Shown here piece by piece: positions 15,939 through 16,436 of a stretch of 16,436 nucleotides of DNA. The stretch covers positions 1 through 16,436 of the forward strand of contig JBFWVI010000057.1 of the NCBI GenBank assembly GCA_050246815.1, in the 5' to 3' direction. The position numbers and the translations under genes are program-made. The notes beneath the pieces were generated by a model that was not told the DNA's origin, did no database searches, and saw only the letters and a list, made by a program, of their open reading frames with translations. This stretch comes from Bdellovibrionales bacterium. GTDB taxonomy: Bacteria > Bdellovibrionota > Bdellovibrionia > Bdellovibrionales > UBA1609. Every line of letters begins with the position of its first letter. The first letter of the stretch is position 1.

Positions 15939-16436
15939 CTACGGAACTGCCAAACGATAGGGCGGACGAATCCGTCTAGCAGAGTAAAAAAACACCCGTT
16001 GCGCCACAGGAATATCATCCATCTTGGCCGAGCTGATCACAAGCTTCGTGTGCATGTCCCCAATGTAATATTCAAAATCGTTTTCTCGGCCCTGTTCACG
16101 AAACAAATAGGGCAACTGCACGCCTGGGTCGGCCAAAAACCCCCGTTTTTGTACGATATTTTTCTCCACCACGGCACCGTACTCTTCACAGTGCTTAAAA
16201 TTGGGCGCTACGCAATAGTTCACGGCCCATCCCTCTTCAATCATCAAGCGGTTCAAATTGACCCCATTTTTGTGTACGTAGGCAAGGGTGCGGCCCCGCG
16301 AATCACATGCAAAACGATCCAGCTCCACCTGCACTTCAGCGCCTTTGGGAAGTAATTGCTTCAGCCGAGCTGCCGCGCGAAAGGCCCACTCCCCCTGGCT
16401 TTTATCGTTAAAATGCGTTTCAGGGGTGTCGATCCC
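15939..16436 (-). CDS. Thermonuclease (staphylococcal nuclease family), 5' part beyond the window
   Basis: The frame stays open to the window edge: GIDTPETHFNDKSQGEWAFRAAARLKQLL...CDSRGRTLAYV...NLNRLMIEEGWA. These are the SNase GIDxPE, DxYGRxLA-like and N-x-x-(L/M)-x-x-x-G-x-A motifs. Confidence 0.9.
   Translation of the reverse strand, partial: GIDTPETHFNDKSQGEWAFRAAARLKQLLPKGAEVQVELDRFACDSRGRTLAYVHKNGVNLNRLMIEEGWAVNYCVAPNFKHCEEYGAVVEKNIVQKRGFLADPGVQLPYLFREQGRENDFEYYIGDMHTKLVISSAKMDDIPVAQRVFFYSARRIRPPYRLAVP

Noticed and set aside
15894..16355. 153-aa plus-strand ORF
   Set aside because: Antisense to the thermonuclease, whose frame has clear catalytic motifs.

Overview
Gene-dense bacterial chromosomal window, most likely from a predatory Bdellovibrionota (Bdellovibrionales-like) genome; this is inferred from the Bd0055-like histone fold, the gene content and a large prepilin-type protein. 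Left to right: a + strand operon encoding a split methylmalonyl-CoA mutase large subunit, a NAPE-PLD/RomA-like metallo-beta-lactamase-fold hydrolase and a 171-aa protein with an N-terminal ZZ-like C6H2 zinc finger, an S/T/P/A/G-rich linker and a C-terminal bacterial histone fold. Next is a - strand block: M16 zinc peptidase, conserved hypothetical, tatB, tatC, lemA and two TPM-domain genes. Then a divergent + strand operon hemW-grpE-dnaJ(class B)-lpoA-like that lacks hrcA and dnaK, and a small orphan ORF behind a FliA-like promoter. The right end has a - strand thermonuclease (truncated by the window edge) followed by a large type IV pilin-like gene. The most notable element is the zinc-finger-histone fusion (2627-3142), tightly coupled to an acyl-CoA metabolism operon. 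No rRNA, tRNA, CRISPR array or mobile element was recognised.
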